Assembly (NCBI GenBank): GCA_951406725.2
Contig: OX597816.1
Coordinates: 95,046,001-95,110,000, forward strand
DNA length: 64,000 nucleotides
Reading direction: 5' to 3'
From: Octopus vulgaris
Taxonomy: Eukaryota
Part shown: in pieces, positions 24,782-38,965 of the stretch
Numbering within the stretch: position 1 is the first letter of the stretch
How the letters are laid out: each line of letters starts with the position of its first letter
Position numbers and translations under genes: made by a program
Notes under the pieces: generated by a model
The model's input: the letters and a program-made list of their open reading frames with translations, nothing else
What the model was told of the DNA's origin: nothing
Database searches by the model: none

Positions 24782-26791
24782 TCTATATATATATATAACA
24801 CAGGATGTGTGTCTCTTTGTGTGTTTGTCATGTCATTATAACTTGAGATGCACCAAACCGCTTCTAATGAAATTTTACACAAGTATTACATAGGGTCCAT
24901 GGAGTGTCATGGGCCAAAAATATTTTCAACTTCTTACCTAATGTGGGTCCAGTGGCAGATAAACTAAATTTTTAAAGTATTTTGCAGCATTAAGGCCTGT
25001 AACTTGAAGGGTATCCAGTAGCTTTCCTTCAAATTTGCAACAAACATTAATCAGGCTTCTTGAATTGCGGTTGACTAAAAAAATTTCTGACACTGACTAT
25101 GGGCTCCCCACAAAATGCAGATTAATCAGGTTTGAGTATACTGCACTGGGTTTTATCTTTGTTTTAGGCCATTTTATGATGATAAAATATTGACACTACT
25201 TATGCATTATAAGTAGCATATAATATTTTATGAAAACCTTTATGTCCAGTTTGGCAGAGGAAATGAGAAGAACATAAAATTTTTGTCAGTGCCCTGTTGA
25301 TGCTTCATGTTACCATCCCGTGCATCACCAGGCCATGTGTGTGTGTGTGTGTGTATGGCTGGGTAAAGGCAGAACAAACCCATTCATCCATTCTCCAGAA
25401 CTGCCCTGTCAATGTTTCACGTTTCCAATCCTGTGCAACACAGCATGGGTTGGCAGCATGTTTGCTTTCTATGTCATCCATGTCTGAACTATATAATGCA
25501 AAATGTTAATACAAAAAACAAACAGCTGTTGTGACTCACTGCCATTTGAGTTTGACTGTGTGGCCACTTCTGAAAGCTACGTTCACCACCTGCAATTCCC
25601 TCCTCTGTGTTCCCTCCCCTGTTTAGCCAGATGTATAAATACAGGGTGTTCCAGAATTAATGATGATTTGAGTGAAATTGGATGCAGTTTTTTAAAGCTC
25701 ATTTTTATTTATGTTTATCATGCTTGATATGTGTTAAAAGTGTATAAATTTTGAATTTTGTTTATAATTTTATTTTCATTCCTCCCCGTCACTTAGCGGT
25801 TCGGCAAAAGGAGACCGATAGAATAAGTACCGGGCTTACAAAGAATAAGTCCCGGGGGTCGAGTTGCTCGATTAAAGGCGGTGCTCCAGCATGGCCACAG
25901 TCGGATGACTGAAACAAGTAAAGGAGAAATAAAACAGAAATTCCTATTGAACCCCTCTTATTTGTCCATGACAGCTTTTTTTCAAATTTGGCAGCAATAA
26001 TTTTCTTTACCTCCAACCCCAGGATGGAGCAATTGTTAAGCTGTGCTTAAAGAACACATTCAGTTAGCAGTACAGGAGCTAACTCCTGAAATGCTTCAAA
26101 ATGTGTTTCACAATGCTAAGGAGAGATTTGAAGTATGCAGGAATACAGACATGTTGAAAACTTTCAATAGTTTGACATAAGATTTATGAATCAATTTGTT
26201 ATGGTAATAAACATAAAATTCTGTTGGTTTTTTAAATTTCCTCAATTTCATTGAAACAGATAATTAATTCTGGAACACCCTGTATGGTGTAACATTGTTA
26301 GTTGTTGTGTTGTTTGAGTAAATATTAAAATCAAAGGTCTTCTCGCTGTAAACATCCCATCTTTTTGTTAAGCATCTTGTATCAAGGAGTATATTATCCA
26401 AAATGCATTTCTCCTTTATAGGCGTGGCTGTGTGGTTGGGAAGCTTGCTTTCCAACCATGTTACCTTGGGTTCAGTCCTTCTGTGTGGTACATTGGGCAG
26501 TTCTCTTTCATTACAGCTCCATGCCAACTAAAGCCTTGTGCATTATATAATTGCCATTACAGTATTGATATATAAAATAACACATACTATTCACTTTTTA
26601 TTGTCATATAATAAACAGACAGAAGTTTGTGCATGAAATTGATCTTCTTTCTACTTCAATTATCACGTTTTTTTTTGTATAAAATACACGCATACAGGAG
26701 GAGTAAATCAATATATATAATAACACTTTAAATGTGGCTACCGAGAAAGTGTAAAAATAATTACCCAATCAACGACGGGTATTACTGCTAG
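24782..26791 (+). mobile_element. Non-autonomous Helitron
   Basis: 5' A|TCTATATAT; 3' ACCC-AATCAACGAC-GGGT hairpin, then CTAG|T at 26788-26792; inserted between A and T with no TSD. Confidence 0.62.
25642..26282 (+). mobile_element. Tc1/mariner deletion derivative nested in the Helitron, carrying a family A SINE tail (~25782-25925)
   Basis: 20-bp TIR CAGGGTGTTCCAGAATTAAT with TA at both ends; C-terminal transposase remnant LKEHIQLAVQELTPEMLQNVFHNAKERFEVC. Confidence 0.85.
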
Positions 26792-28176
26792 TATTAAATG
26801 TTTATGCCATTTTGTATTTTCTTTCCGGTGCAGAGAATGATTTCAGGTTGCTATTTCATATTGTGTTATCCATCAGGATAAATTAGCATGGAACATCCTT
26901 TACATCCATCTTGTTGTGGCAATTTACCATCAATTTTTGTGGATTAACTTAAAATAATGGTCAGGTCTTCCAAACATGGATTGCCTGATGATTTTATCTT
27001 CAAAGGGGAAGGAATGTCTTCAAGGTTAAATTCAGTTTTGTTGGCAGATATTAGGGAACTTTATTTTTATTTAGATAAAAAGTGTATATTTCATAGTAGA
27101 GAGAAGACATCTAAGACTATTATCATACCTCCATGTCATTTTAACATCCACTTTCCCATCCTTGCATGATTTAGTTGGAATTTGTTGAGGCAAATTTTCC
27201 ATTGCTGGATACCCTTCCTGTCATCAATTTTTACCTGTTTCCAGGGAGGGTAATATTTTCCCCTTGACCAGACATGTTTCCAAGAAAACTGGGAACAAAT
27301 TACAGAGCTTGTATGATGATGAAACTTGTTGACAGCTACTACATGATGTTAAGATAAGAAAACACAAACACACATACCTATACACAAATAATCACACACA
27401 TATATAATATATACATCTATTCGGGCTTCTTTAGGTTTCCATCTACCAAATTCAGTAATGTGATCAATCTAGAAATGCTGGAGTATTGAACTGAAAGCTA
27501 TATTAAATTAAGTTTCATTTCTCTAGGTTCTCAATTCAAACCCAAGGTCTTTGAAATACACCAACCATATATTAGCTCCTGTTGAAAAGATGTAAATGTT
27601 AGAAATAACAGCCAAGTCTCCTTCAAATCATAACCTATAGCCTTTGATAAGAAAAACAGACATTATATTATGTTGTCCTATGTATCCCTAAAACGACAGG
27701 GTGGTCGTAGCTGGAATATATTCAACCATATATTGGTCTGCTTGGTCAGATTTAACCTATGGTTAAACAACTTGTTTCATACAAAAATGTGGATATGGAA
27801 ATATAAATATAAAATGATAAGTTAAAGGAATTAAAAAATTACTTTAAATAAGACATTGCACTTAAAATGCTCTTAAATGAGACAAGAACTATTTAAATAA
27901 TCAATAATTATATTTGAATAAGACAGGAATTATGTTTAAATATTGTCAAGCTTACTTTAATCAGAAAGGATCTATTTACACAATTCAGAGTAAATATACA
28001 AAACAAAGGATGATATTAACTCTAGTTAGGAAATATATGAGACATAACTGCAGAAATATTTAGACTTGTGCAGATGGTCTATGAAGACTCATAACCTTCA
28101 AAAGATTATTCTTCAAAAATTAACATCAGAAAATATATTTTATTATTCTTTAATAAAAATTTTTAAAATCCTTTAA

Positions 28177-28398
28177 CCCTTTTGGTGCCATATTTCTGTT
28201 GAGATGCTCTGTCTTTCTTTCAGTTGATTTTAAATATAACAAAGAATTTAGTAAAATAACTTGGTCATCATTAATCTAGCGTTAGAAACATAAGTTGTTG
28301 CTAAGGTTTGGTGGAAGATTTTAATTCAGAACTTTTGAAAACAAGACATTTGTACTACAAAGCCAGAGGCAGTTTCAGGCAGTTTGCTATCAAAAGGG
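28177..28398. mobile_element. piggyBac-type MITE
   Basis: TTAA|CCCTTTTG ... CAAAAGGG|TTAA. Confidence 0.7.
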
Positions 28399-28763
28399 TT
28401 AAATGTAGTTGAAAATAAAAGTAAAATTCCTTTACATGGCAACCAACTAATTTAATTACATTTTTGAAGGTGATCACCATTCACAGATGAAATATTCTGT
28501 CTATTTCTAGCATTTTAGATTCAATTGATGAATTACAGATTCTCGAAGTATTTACAGAAGATGAGTTGTATTTACAAGAAGCAGAAGCCATAAGCAAACA
28601 TTTGATTTATCAGTGAGACAACTTAATATGTAGCTGAAGCAATATTTACTTGAGATAAGATCTATATCTGCATGTGGCAAGGTCAATATTTACATGAGGT
28701 AAGATCTATATCTGCATGTGACAGAGATTAATGACATATAGCAAGAAGCAGGATAATACTTAA

Positions 28764-28983
28764 CCCATTACCATGTAAACCGGCCATATCCAGCCCAATT
28801 ATTTTACCTGTTTTATGTTCAAACCAGTCAGATCCAGCCTCTCACACTTATCCTACAATGTCAATCTAAAAATAAACTATCAGAAAATTAAAATCTTGTA
28901 GGTGTGAGACAATGCATGATTAATTCAAAACAATGTACATAAATAAGCATTATATTTGACAGAGTAATCTGAATGCTAAAGAG
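28764..28983. mobile_element. piggyBac-type MITE (degenerate)
   Basis: TTAA|CCCATTACCAT ... ATGCTAAAGAG|TTAA; imperfect TIRs, similar length to its neighbour. Confidence 0.55.
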
Positions 28984-30689
28984 TTAATATCAGGAACAGT
29001 GCTGACAATATGATCATAAATGATACAGTTGGTTCCGTGGCAGAACCAGATGTAATTGTGGTAAAACAATAGTTAACAGTAAAGAACTTATGAAATGAAA
29101 TTCCTATACCCACCTAGATGTCTCACTAGACATCTAATTATTGCTGTGCTGTGTTGTGTTAATGAAAGTATAGCTGCTGTAGATCCAAAGGGATGGAAAA
29201 TATTTAGGTAGTCAGTAAAAGATCTCTCTCTCTCTCTTCCCTCTCTCTCTTTCTCTCTCTTTTACTCATTCTCTGTAAAAGGCAAACTTCATGAAATTTG
29301 TGTAAGAAGTATTATGTTGTATGACAGTGAGACATGACACTGACTGTGGAAAATCTGTGGAAATTGAAGTGTGTGATCCACTGGCTCTATAAGTGATATG
29401 GCCCACTGGTTCTATAATGCTTATTTTCCATGGGAAGATTGGGTAAAAGAGAGCTAAAAGAAATCCTAAGCATTTAAAGCATCAACTGAAGAGTGCAGGA
29501 GAAATGATTCCCCTGCTGTAGACTTATAATGTAAATGGACATTGAGTGCTGGATTGCAAAAACGCAAAGTGCTATTTGCTGTTGTTTGCTTACTCCAGGC
29601 CATCCTAACTCAGTTGACTTATAATGAAAGGTATTATCAATTGTATCCTTTAACCTTGTCAATTGTATCCTTTAACCAGATATAGTGTATGTAGGACTAT
29701 ATAATAATCATTCCAAGGTTATCTTGCTGGCTAGTACAGTTGAATGAACAGAAAGATTTATGAAGAAGCCTTGAGTTCAGTTGTCAGGATGCTGGGTCTT
29801 ACATATGAGACAACAAAAATACTAAAACTGATGATATGCTGAATATCTAAACTGTTTAACAGATTCAAACATAGAAACTGGATAACCATTGATGCTAGTG
29901 ATAATGATGCTATTGATGATGGAATCAATATGTATGGGATAGAGCTATACTCATACAAAACAACGACCAGCAAACAACATAGTTTATCACAAACACACAT
30001 TTTACTTCACTTCTACAAAATTATTACTTCACTAGACATGTACATTAAAATTTAAAACAGAAATACTGTATAGATTGATAGGTTTTCTTTGAGATACAAA
30101 GAGACAGATGTTGCAACAAAGCAATCATGCAACAATTAGATTACAGTCTTGTCTTTCATCATTTCCCAGCTTTTTCTTTGTTTTTTCATTTGTTTGTTTC
30201 ACGTTTGTTTTTCCATGATAACATGGATGAATTACCGGTATATTTTATTTTTAGATACCCTTCTTGTTGCAAATCCATATCTGTTGTCAAAAGAAGGATG
30301 CTTTTTTCCTCTTCTCTTTGAAAGCTAGATGATTTTATTGACAGGGGTTATCAACAGCTGTTATTGTTTTTAGTTTAATGCATTTATGCAAAGCTGTAGA
30401 ATGTAAACACACACACATACAAAAGACACATGCACGAACAAACATACATAAGTGTATTTGTATAAGGCTGCACAAGGTTCCATGGTCTGTTTTGGTTTGG
30501 TTTCTACAGTTGGATGCCCTTCCTAATGCCAACTAATTTACAGAGTGTATAGGTGTTTGGTTGATCCTAAAATTCTGAGCCTTAAGGAGATGACAGAGGA
30601 TCAAGATAAGTGACACATTGCTGTACTCCAGAAGACTAGGCTTCCACAACAGAATTGATACCTTAAAACCAAGGTGACATTTAAAATAA

Positions 30690-30917
30690 CATTGGTGTGG
30701 GTGCTGGTGCCACATAAAAAGCACCGGTGATGGGGCCATGTAAAAAGCAGCCAGTACACTTTGTAAAGTGGTTAGCAGTAGGAAGGGCATGCAGCTACAG
30801 AAACCATACCAAAACAGACCATGGAACCTTGTGCAGCCTCTGACCTTGTCAGTTTCTGTCAAGCCATCCAACCAATGCCTGCATAGAAAACAGATGTTAA
30901 ATGATGATGATGATGAT
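30690..30917 (+). mobile_element. RTE-tail repeat (an opposite-orientation fragment lies at ~30465-30555)
   Basis: AGGAAGGGCATGCAGCTACAGAAACC..CAGATGTTAAATGATGATG. Confidence 0.7.
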
Positions 30918-31057
30918 ATGCATGTAAGTTTGGATTTTATTCTCTCAAATAATAATTATTATATATATATATATATATATTGTATCTCAAGAGGGTCATT
31001 ATGCCAAGAATAAACACATGAACTGGTTCTATTTCACATCTTGTATTATTATCATAA

Positions 31058-31260
31058 GGCAAAAAGGTGGTGAGCTGGCAGAGTCATTACTGCACTGGAC
31101 AAAATGCTTAATGTCATTTCTTAAGGGATTTTGTTCTGAGTTCAAATGCTGCTGAGGTCAACTTTGTTGTCCATCCTTTCAGGGTCAATGAAATATATAC
31201 CAGTTGAGGACTTACCCCTTCCCCTAAAATTGCTGGCCTTGTGCCAAAATTTGAAGTCAT
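31058..31260 (+). mobile_element. Family B SINE, no CpG left
   Basis: GGTGGTGAGCTGGCAGAG head, GAGTTCAAATGC B box, CATCCTTTCAGGGTCAATG. Confidence 0.78.
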
Positions 31261-31759
31261 TATTATTATCATAAGTTACTTAGTTAACATCTAGCCAATT
31301 AACTAATCAATCATTTGATTAAATGTTTGGTTAATCAATCAATCAGTTAGGTTTGCCAATGTCCTTTCATTGCCATTAGCAACCACATGAATGACATGCC
31401 CTCTCTACTCTAGATCTGTTTCAGATCCTGTTTTTCAGACCATCACTATTCCACTGTCTATTAGACTTGCCACTGTACACTTATTCACTTTCCCTTTGCC
31501 AGCTAGCAGTAATTTCATGGAACACAATTAGCATTACTTTATTACCAACTGCTTATTATCCTTTTCATTTAACATCATTTTCATGCAAACTCAGACCATA
31601 TCAATTATCTGCTTGTTTTAGAACTGCTTGGCTTGGGGTAATCTGAGGATGCACAAGAACAATACACAACTTACATCATCACTCTTGTTAATGGAAAAGG
31701 CATTAATGTCACATCTTGCTTTTATTTTCTTCTAAAATTAGGAATATTTTACATACCAT

Positions 31760-31919
31760 AGGTGCAAGAGTGGCTGTGTGGTAAGAAGCTTGCTTCCTAA
31801 CCATATGGTTCTGGGTTAAGTCCCACTGCATAGCACTTTGGGCAAGTGACTTATACTATAGCCTTGGGCCAACCAAAGCCTTGTGAGTGGATTTGGTAGA
31901 TGGAAACTGAAAGAAGCCC

Positions 31920-31954
<35 letters not shown>

Positions 31955-32250
31955 TTGTGTATATATATATGCGTCCAACCCATGCTAGCATGGAAAGCGG
32001 ACGTTAAACGATGATGATGATGATGATGATATATATATGTATATATGTATGTATTTGTGTGTCTGTGTTTGCTGCCCCACTACCGTCGCTTGACAATTGC
32101 TGTTGGTGTGTTTACGTCCCCATAACTAAGCAGTTTGGCAAAAAAGATCAATGGAATAAGAACTAGGCTTACAAAGAATAAGTCCTGGGATCGATTTGTT
32201 GGACTAAAAGCAGTGCTCCAGCATGACCACAGTCAAATAACTGAAACAAG
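31760..32250 (+). mobile_element. Full-length family A SINE with a short RTE 3' end (~31972-32030) in its microsatellite
   Basis: Head, CORE-like motif and tail as at 9488; embedded GTCCAACCCATGCTAGCATGGAAAGCGGACGTTAAACGATG. Confidence 0.85.
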
Positions 32251-32519
32251 TATTTCAGCATTTGTCATTGCTGTTATTTTGACAAGGAGTGGGCAACCTT
32301 TTTCAAGAAATACATGGCTCATCATCAGACAGGCCACACTACTAAAAAGAATTCAAGTTAATTTTTTGTTTAGGTCCATGCATGATTTACTTAAACCTAT
32401 ATTGACAATTGACAAGACAATTGACAACTAACAACTCCCTTAACCCCTTTGGGGTCATTGGGGTGCTGCAGCCATACAGCACACCTATGTTGAGAAAGCC
32501 TGGCAAAGCCCATCCCTCT

Positions 32520-32850
32520 CTGGGCTAAACTCATTTCTATAGCTGAGTGGACTGGAGCAACATGAAATGAAATGTTTTGCTCAAGAACATAACAAATCGC
32601 CTGGTCCAGGGATTGAAACCAGAATTTTACGGTCGTGAATCCAACACCCTTACCACTAAGTGATGTGTTTCCACTAGTGGTACTCATTCCTACAGCTGAG
32701 TGTACTGGAGTTACATGAAGTGAAGTATTTTGTTCAAGAACACAATGTATTGCCCGGTCCAGGAATTGAAATCACAATCTTATGATTGTGAGCCCAACAC
32801 CCTAATCACTAAGCCACGCACCGCCACAACTAGCCATGTGCCTCCACGGA
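32520..32850 (-). mobile_element. Two tandem family C SINE heads
   Basis: AGCTGAGTG(G/T)ACTGGAG...CCAACACCCT repeated twice. Confidence 0.7.
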
Positions 32851-32902
32851 CCTAGATTAGCAAGGATTTAACAGACCAATGATCAAAGCAGTCTTGTGAT
32901 AA

Positions 32903-33025
32903 TTGATTGATTGATTGATTGATTGATTCTAGTTTCAGCTCACAAGCTGTGGCCATGCTGGGGCACTGCCATTTGGTGTTGCTACATGGTTTTACTTCAT
33001 GAATGCTTTTTAGCAACTGCCATTC
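32903..33025 (-). mobile_element. 3' end of the CR1-type LINE family
   Basis: Reverse complement of 61600-61693, with a (TCAA)n tail. Confidence 0.85.
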
Positions 33026-34120
33026 TTTTTTTTTCCAAACACAATATACCTGTTTATAAGTTCTAGGATACCTCAATATAACCTTTTTTTGTTTAAGATA
33101 GTAGGGTGAGACTTGATCTAAAGAAGATTTCATTGAAAATTCATGCAGAATGAACATGTATATGAAAGCTCCTTCATTGGCTAGTTTTATCATTTGTTGG
33201 AAGATCTGGTTATTCTTTGAGGATGAATTTGGGGAATTTAATACCTGTTTATTTGAAGTGATCTTGTGTATCTCATGCTTCAAATAGCTGGATTTTGTTT
33301 ATATTTATATCCAGTTAAAAATTAATCTCCAGGCAGGACATGTGCAAAAGCAAAAACAACAAAAGAGTGAAGTCAGTGTTTTTAATATTGTGGAGGCACT
33401 AAAAAGGTGATATGTTTGATATTTCGGATTCTGGTCTTTCATCAAGCTAGGGAAAAGGAGAAGGAAAGAATGAAGCCCACCACCCAAAATAATGTAGGTT
33501 GAACAATACATAGAGTTTGTTTGGCCGCTAGGAAGTAATGGAATAAAGAAAACAGGCAAAGTGTGATAAGAAAGGAAAATAAAATTGAAGTTGGTAAGCG
33601 GTAATTCACCACCACCAACACCACCATGATCAACAACAACAGCAACAACAATCTGAGTCATGAAGGAGCCTTTATATGATTTTTAAGATGCCTGAAACAG
33701 CAGTCAAATATCCCTAAAATCAGATCTTAAACATTAGATATTGTAATTTTGGACATACGTCTAAAACAGGCCAAGGCAACTTTTTTCAAGAAGTGGGTTG
33801 CATGTGACATGGCTTATCTTCAGAAGGGTTACGCTACTAAAAAACATTCAAGGTAATGTTGTGTTAAGCTTGTCATTCAGAAAGTCCCACAGGGTGCAGT
33901 TTGCCTATGTCTATCCTAAAATGATGAAGTGCTCATGGCTAGAATAGTTTTTTAATAAATCAGGAATAACCTGGGGCTAAACAGTATCATCACCATCATC
34001 ATAACCATCATCATCATCTTTGTCATCTTCGTTGTTGTCGTAGTCATCATCATCATTGTCATCGTTGTTATCAACTTCATCATCATCATCATTATCATTA
34101 GTAACAACAACAACAACAGC

Positions 34121-34151
<31 letters not shown>

Positions 34152-34477
34152 GCAACACTCCTCAATATTAGAATTAATAGCCCCATTTAAGGTACTATAA
34201 ATAGGCACCACCACTACTATCACCCCTACAGTCACTGCCATCACTAATGTTGCTTCCACTGGCACCACCAGCAGCATGGCCACCACCATCTTTACCACTA
34301 TTGATACAACTATTTCAAAACATCACGCTTTCCCTTCACTTTTGCTATTCTGTTGCACTGATTATATCAGAATTTTATATTTCGCTGTAACACCAGAATA
34401 AATCATTCACTGCGCTAGGCTTCTTGTAAGTATTGTTTTTTTAGCTCTTTACAATAATAGTGTTCATTAAGGTTATT

Positions 34478-34870
34478 GGAAGAAGAAGAAAGAGAAGAAG
34501 AAGGAGGAGGAGGAGGAGAAGGCTGAAGCTGAGGAGGAGGAGAATGAGAAGGAGAATGAGTAAGAGGAGAATAAGAGAATAAGAATAAGGGGGGGGGAGG
34601 AAAGAAGAAGGGGGAAAAGAGGAAGGAGGGGAAAGAAGAAGAAAAAGAAGACAAAAACGATGAAGAGGAGAAAGCAGAGTAGAAGCAGAGGAGGAAGAGG
34701 AAGAAAAGGATGAAGAAAGAGAAAAAGAAGGCAGAGGAGGGGGAGATGTGGAGGAGAAGACAGAAGAAAAAGAAGAGAAAGGAAGAGGAGAATGAGAAAG
34801 AAGAAGAAAAGAGCATCATCATCATCAGTCATAGTAGAAGTAGTTTTGAGAGGAGGAGGAGGAAGAAGCG
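34478..34870. repeat. Purine-rich (GAA/GAG)n low-complexity tract
   Basis: Direct reading. Confidence 0.85.
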
Positions 34871-35056
34871 AAATAATAAAAATAAAAATGTATGAAAACA
34901 AAAGACAACCCAAAATAAAATATAAATAAGATCCAGTTTTATAATTCTAATATTGTATTTATTATTTTAACAACAAATAACATTATACTGAATAACATTA
35001 ATTATTTGTTTCCATTTTTTTCCTTTATTATTATTATCATTATTATCATTACCATT

Positions 35057-35137
<81 letters not shown>

Positions 35138-35799
35138 ACTACTACATCTTGTTTTTCTTCTGTTGTATTGAAGGTATTGTGAAAGTATTTTGGGAATATT
35201 TTCTTCATCATCTCAGAGAAATAAATGTTTGCATCAACAAAAGAAATGCTTTGTTTGTTTAAGTCTCTGTTTATTCATTTAATTATTGTTTCTGTTTTCT
35301 TTAGATTTTCTATATTTGTGTGGGTATGTGTATATGTGTAAATTGTAGAGTTGAAGAAAATCTACAGATGATGTAAAAAGTTGTTTGACAGGACAGGTAG
35401 AAGGAGATTGGGACCTCTGGATGATATCTCATGGAACTCTAACTCTAGTCCCTTACTTAAGTGAAGAACTGGGTGAATGTGGCACCTTGAGTTCAAATCT
35501 AGCCAAAGTCAACATTGCATTTTAGACTTTCGAATTTGATAAAAAAATATAAAATGTGTTAATCCAGGGTAGTGGAGTGGAAGGACTGTAAAAACAACAG
35601 AGTGGATGCTTGGTTGTATTTCCAATGTGGTTCTTTGCATTCTGAGTTCAAATCCTACCATGGGTGGTAAACTTAATCCATTGCCTAGCTTGACACTGTT
35701 ACAGAGTACCTTAGGTCTCTTTAACAGAGTCCATTCTCTTGCAAGCATTCAGGCCAAGTCTTTGGTTTGAGGATATCTTACTCTCTTCCTCCCTTCGCC

Positions 35800-36300
35800 A
35801 GTCTTTTTTTATCATTTATCCTTTACTTATTTCAGTCATTGGACTGCATCCATATGCTGAGGCACTGCCTTGAAATGTTTAGTAAAACAAATCGCCCCAG
35901 GACTTATTTTTACGCCTGGTACTTTTTCTATTGGTTTCTTCTTGTCAAATTGCTAAATTACTGGGATGTCAAGCAGTGGTAGCGGCTAACATAAGCACAA
36001 AAATACACACATATACATACACACACACAAGTATATATAAGGAGAAGTCACAAAAAAACCCCCAAAAGACGAAGAGAGGTGGTGTAGACAACAAATAGAT
36101 GTATTAGTTTAATGCTCGGGAAGTGAAAAAGTCTTTAACATTTCGAGCCTACGCTCCTCCGTCTACCAAATCGACTCAAAAGGCTTTGGTCGGGCCAAGG
36201 CTATAGTAGAAGACACTTGCCCAAGGTGCTAAGCAGTAGAACAGAAACAAGAACCATGTGGTTGGGAAGCAAGCTTCTTACCACAGTCACACAGCACCTA
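35800..36300 (-). mobile_element. Family A SINE with a nested Penelope pLTR-like fragment (~36040-36160)
   Basis: Tail at ~35800-36000 and head at ~36160-36300; the middle piece is an inverted relative of 36490-36606. Confidence 0.7.
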
Positions 36301-36333
36301 TATATACACACACACATACATACATACATCCAT

Positions 36334-36398
<65 letters not shown>

Positions 36399-36429
36399 CA
36401 AATATATATATATATACGCCATGATATAT

Positions 36430-36603
36430 CGTTAGCTACTACACACATTTTTTTCTCTCCTTGTTTTTTTCTGTGTATCTTTCTGTAGAAGAAGGTAGGC
36501 TCGAAACGTAAAAGACTTTTTCTATTCCTGAGCGCTATACTAATACATCTGTTTGTTTGTACACCACCTGCCTTCGTCTTTTGTTTATTTTCGTAAACTT
36601 TCC

Positions 36604-36675
<72 letters not shown>

Positions 36676-36683
36676 TGTATGTG

Positions 36684-36716
<33 letters not shown>

Positions 36717-38900
36717 ACACATGATGATATATGACCTACATTGGACTCCTCATTCGCATAATCACCGAACCTGGAGCTTAACTATAGTCTGTCCATAGCA
36801 CTTACTCAGAATTACCTGACACCTTTGGGTCTTATTGACACCATTACCTCTCATAACCTCTCTCTCTCTATATATATGTATATATATATATGCATGTATG
36901 TATGTATACACACACATATATAGCCGAGTAAGAGCCACTGACAATCAATAATCAAATGTCTCGGATGCTTTATGACTGACAGTCATAATAGTAGCTAGAA
37001 AAACTATAATCTCTCATCAAAGTAATTATTTGATTAGGAAGGATACTCCAGGTTGTTTCGATGTATCAATAGGCGCGCAAGAATCTGCTGAAGTCACCAA
37101 CTTAATTGGAATTTACCTTTTACATTTACTCAAAGACGAATTCCCTGAATTAGAAGGTGGTCTTTACCGCGACGACGCACTATTCTTAGTTAGAAATACT
37201 TCCAACAGGAAACTTGAGCAATACAAAAAGAGATTACACAAATTCTTCAAAAGCCAAGGACTAGCTATCACCATACTTTAGCAACGGACCATCAGCAATA
37301 CTTTAGCAACGGACACAAATCCTACAACAACAATTAACATAATAATAAATACTATAACAACAATAAACATAATAATAAACATTATAAATATGAACACCAC
37401 AACCATAACCTCACTAAAAGGACTATTAACACTAATCCCACTAATCATCAAATACACTGTTAATAAAGTAATTAAACCCAAGTAAACGGACAATAAATAC
37501 CGAAAACAATTAAATATAGATAAGAACATGAAACCCACACACTTAATAAAATCGAACTTATCCCACAACATCTCATCCTTCTAATAATTTACATGACCGC
37601 AAAAATCATATTAATAAAGTTAGGAATAATATAAAAAAAAAAAGAAACCTATACCATATGTAAGAATAGATAACCCACAAAATATAAACTGCTACGATAA
37701 TGAAGAAATCAACAATAACATCATTTGGATCAAAATTCTTTTTGCAAAACATCTAAAATCTAATTTTATTAGATCCATGAGAAATCTTATTAAAAAAAAC
37801 TTTCAAAACTCTAAATCTGCAAAAATATTTAATAAAAAAATGATCAGATTTAGATTTTCAGTATTTCCAAACCTATTTAGGATCATCTCTTCATTTAACA
37901 ATAAGAAAATAGACCAATTCTATTTAAAAAAAAGCTTCTAATATACCTTCTAACCCCAATAATTCTATGTCTAATAACAGCAATTATCTAGAATAACCAA
38001 AACTCAGTTACCCCTAATACATATAGACGTAACAACAGAGTACCAACTAATAATTCTAATTATAATTGTAGAAACCCGAGTACTTGCGAGGTAGATGGTA
38101 ACTGTAAATTGAACGATGTAGTATATCAAGTAACAATTATTACCCATAATCTCTCTAAATTTACTTACGTCGGATGTACACAAAATTCTTTCAAATTAAG
38201 ATTAAATAATCATAAATCATCTTTTAATGACCCTAGAAAAGAAAATGGCACAAGTCCATCCAAAAAGGTTTGGCAACTTAAAAAAGCAATAAAGATTACT
38301 CTATTTCTTGGAAAATACTTTCTCCAGCTCTATCTTATTGACATAATAACAAGATCTGCAAATTATACCTAGAGGCAAGTTACAAAATAATGAAAATGAA
38401 CGGTTTCCTTGTTAATTCGAGAGATGAAAAGTTCTTTCTTGCAGACATATGTCAAAATTCCTGTTTATTAATCTTAAATAATCTTTCCACCCCACTACCT
38501 TAACTACTTTTATCTTATACCTTCTCCTTATAATTTAGTTTTTTGTATAATACTTCTCCCTACATTATTCCTATCCGTGGTATCAGATTTCTATTTTGTA
38601 ATAATCTCTACATTAATTATATTACACTACTTGGATATACATATGTTATGCAACCACCACCTATATTGTATGACCCACATTTCATGAATATAACACCTGT
38701 CCCAAATATTTATATATTCGTATACCTTACTATTTTTCTCAATATATATTTTTAGACAATTTTTTGGACCTCTACTTAAATTACACACACATATATATAT
38801 ACATTATTTGTATGTAATCTATTTCTTTTACAATATGTACTTAGATACGCCCCTCTCTCACCTATTCTAAACATTATTATTATTATTATTGTTATTATTG
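36430..38900 (+). mobile_element. Decayed Penelope-like element, Naiad-like (pLTR, RT, GIY-YIG)
   Basis: RT FDVSIGAQESAEVTNLIGIYLL..GLYRDD (37030-37281); linker NIIWIKILF..KIFNKK..FSVFPNL; endonuclease NCRNPSTCEVDGNC..VVYQ..YVGCTQNSFKLRLNNHKSSF..WQLK..KIC..NSRDE..CRH (38060-38480). Clade assignment from motif recall. Confidence 0.8.
36478..36515 (+). ncRNA. Degenerate minimal type-I hammerhead motif, variant core
   Basis: TCTTT-CTGTAGA-A-GAAG GTAG GCTC-GAAAC-GTA-AAAGA; stem II damaged in this copy. Confidence 0.45.

Positions 38901-38965
<65 letters not shown>

Noticed and set aside
38060-38480. Selenocysteine-type Naiad endonuclease (in-frame TGA at ~38339)
   Set aside because: The TGA is not at a conserved Cys position, fits CGA-to-TGA decay, and the copy has other frameshifts.
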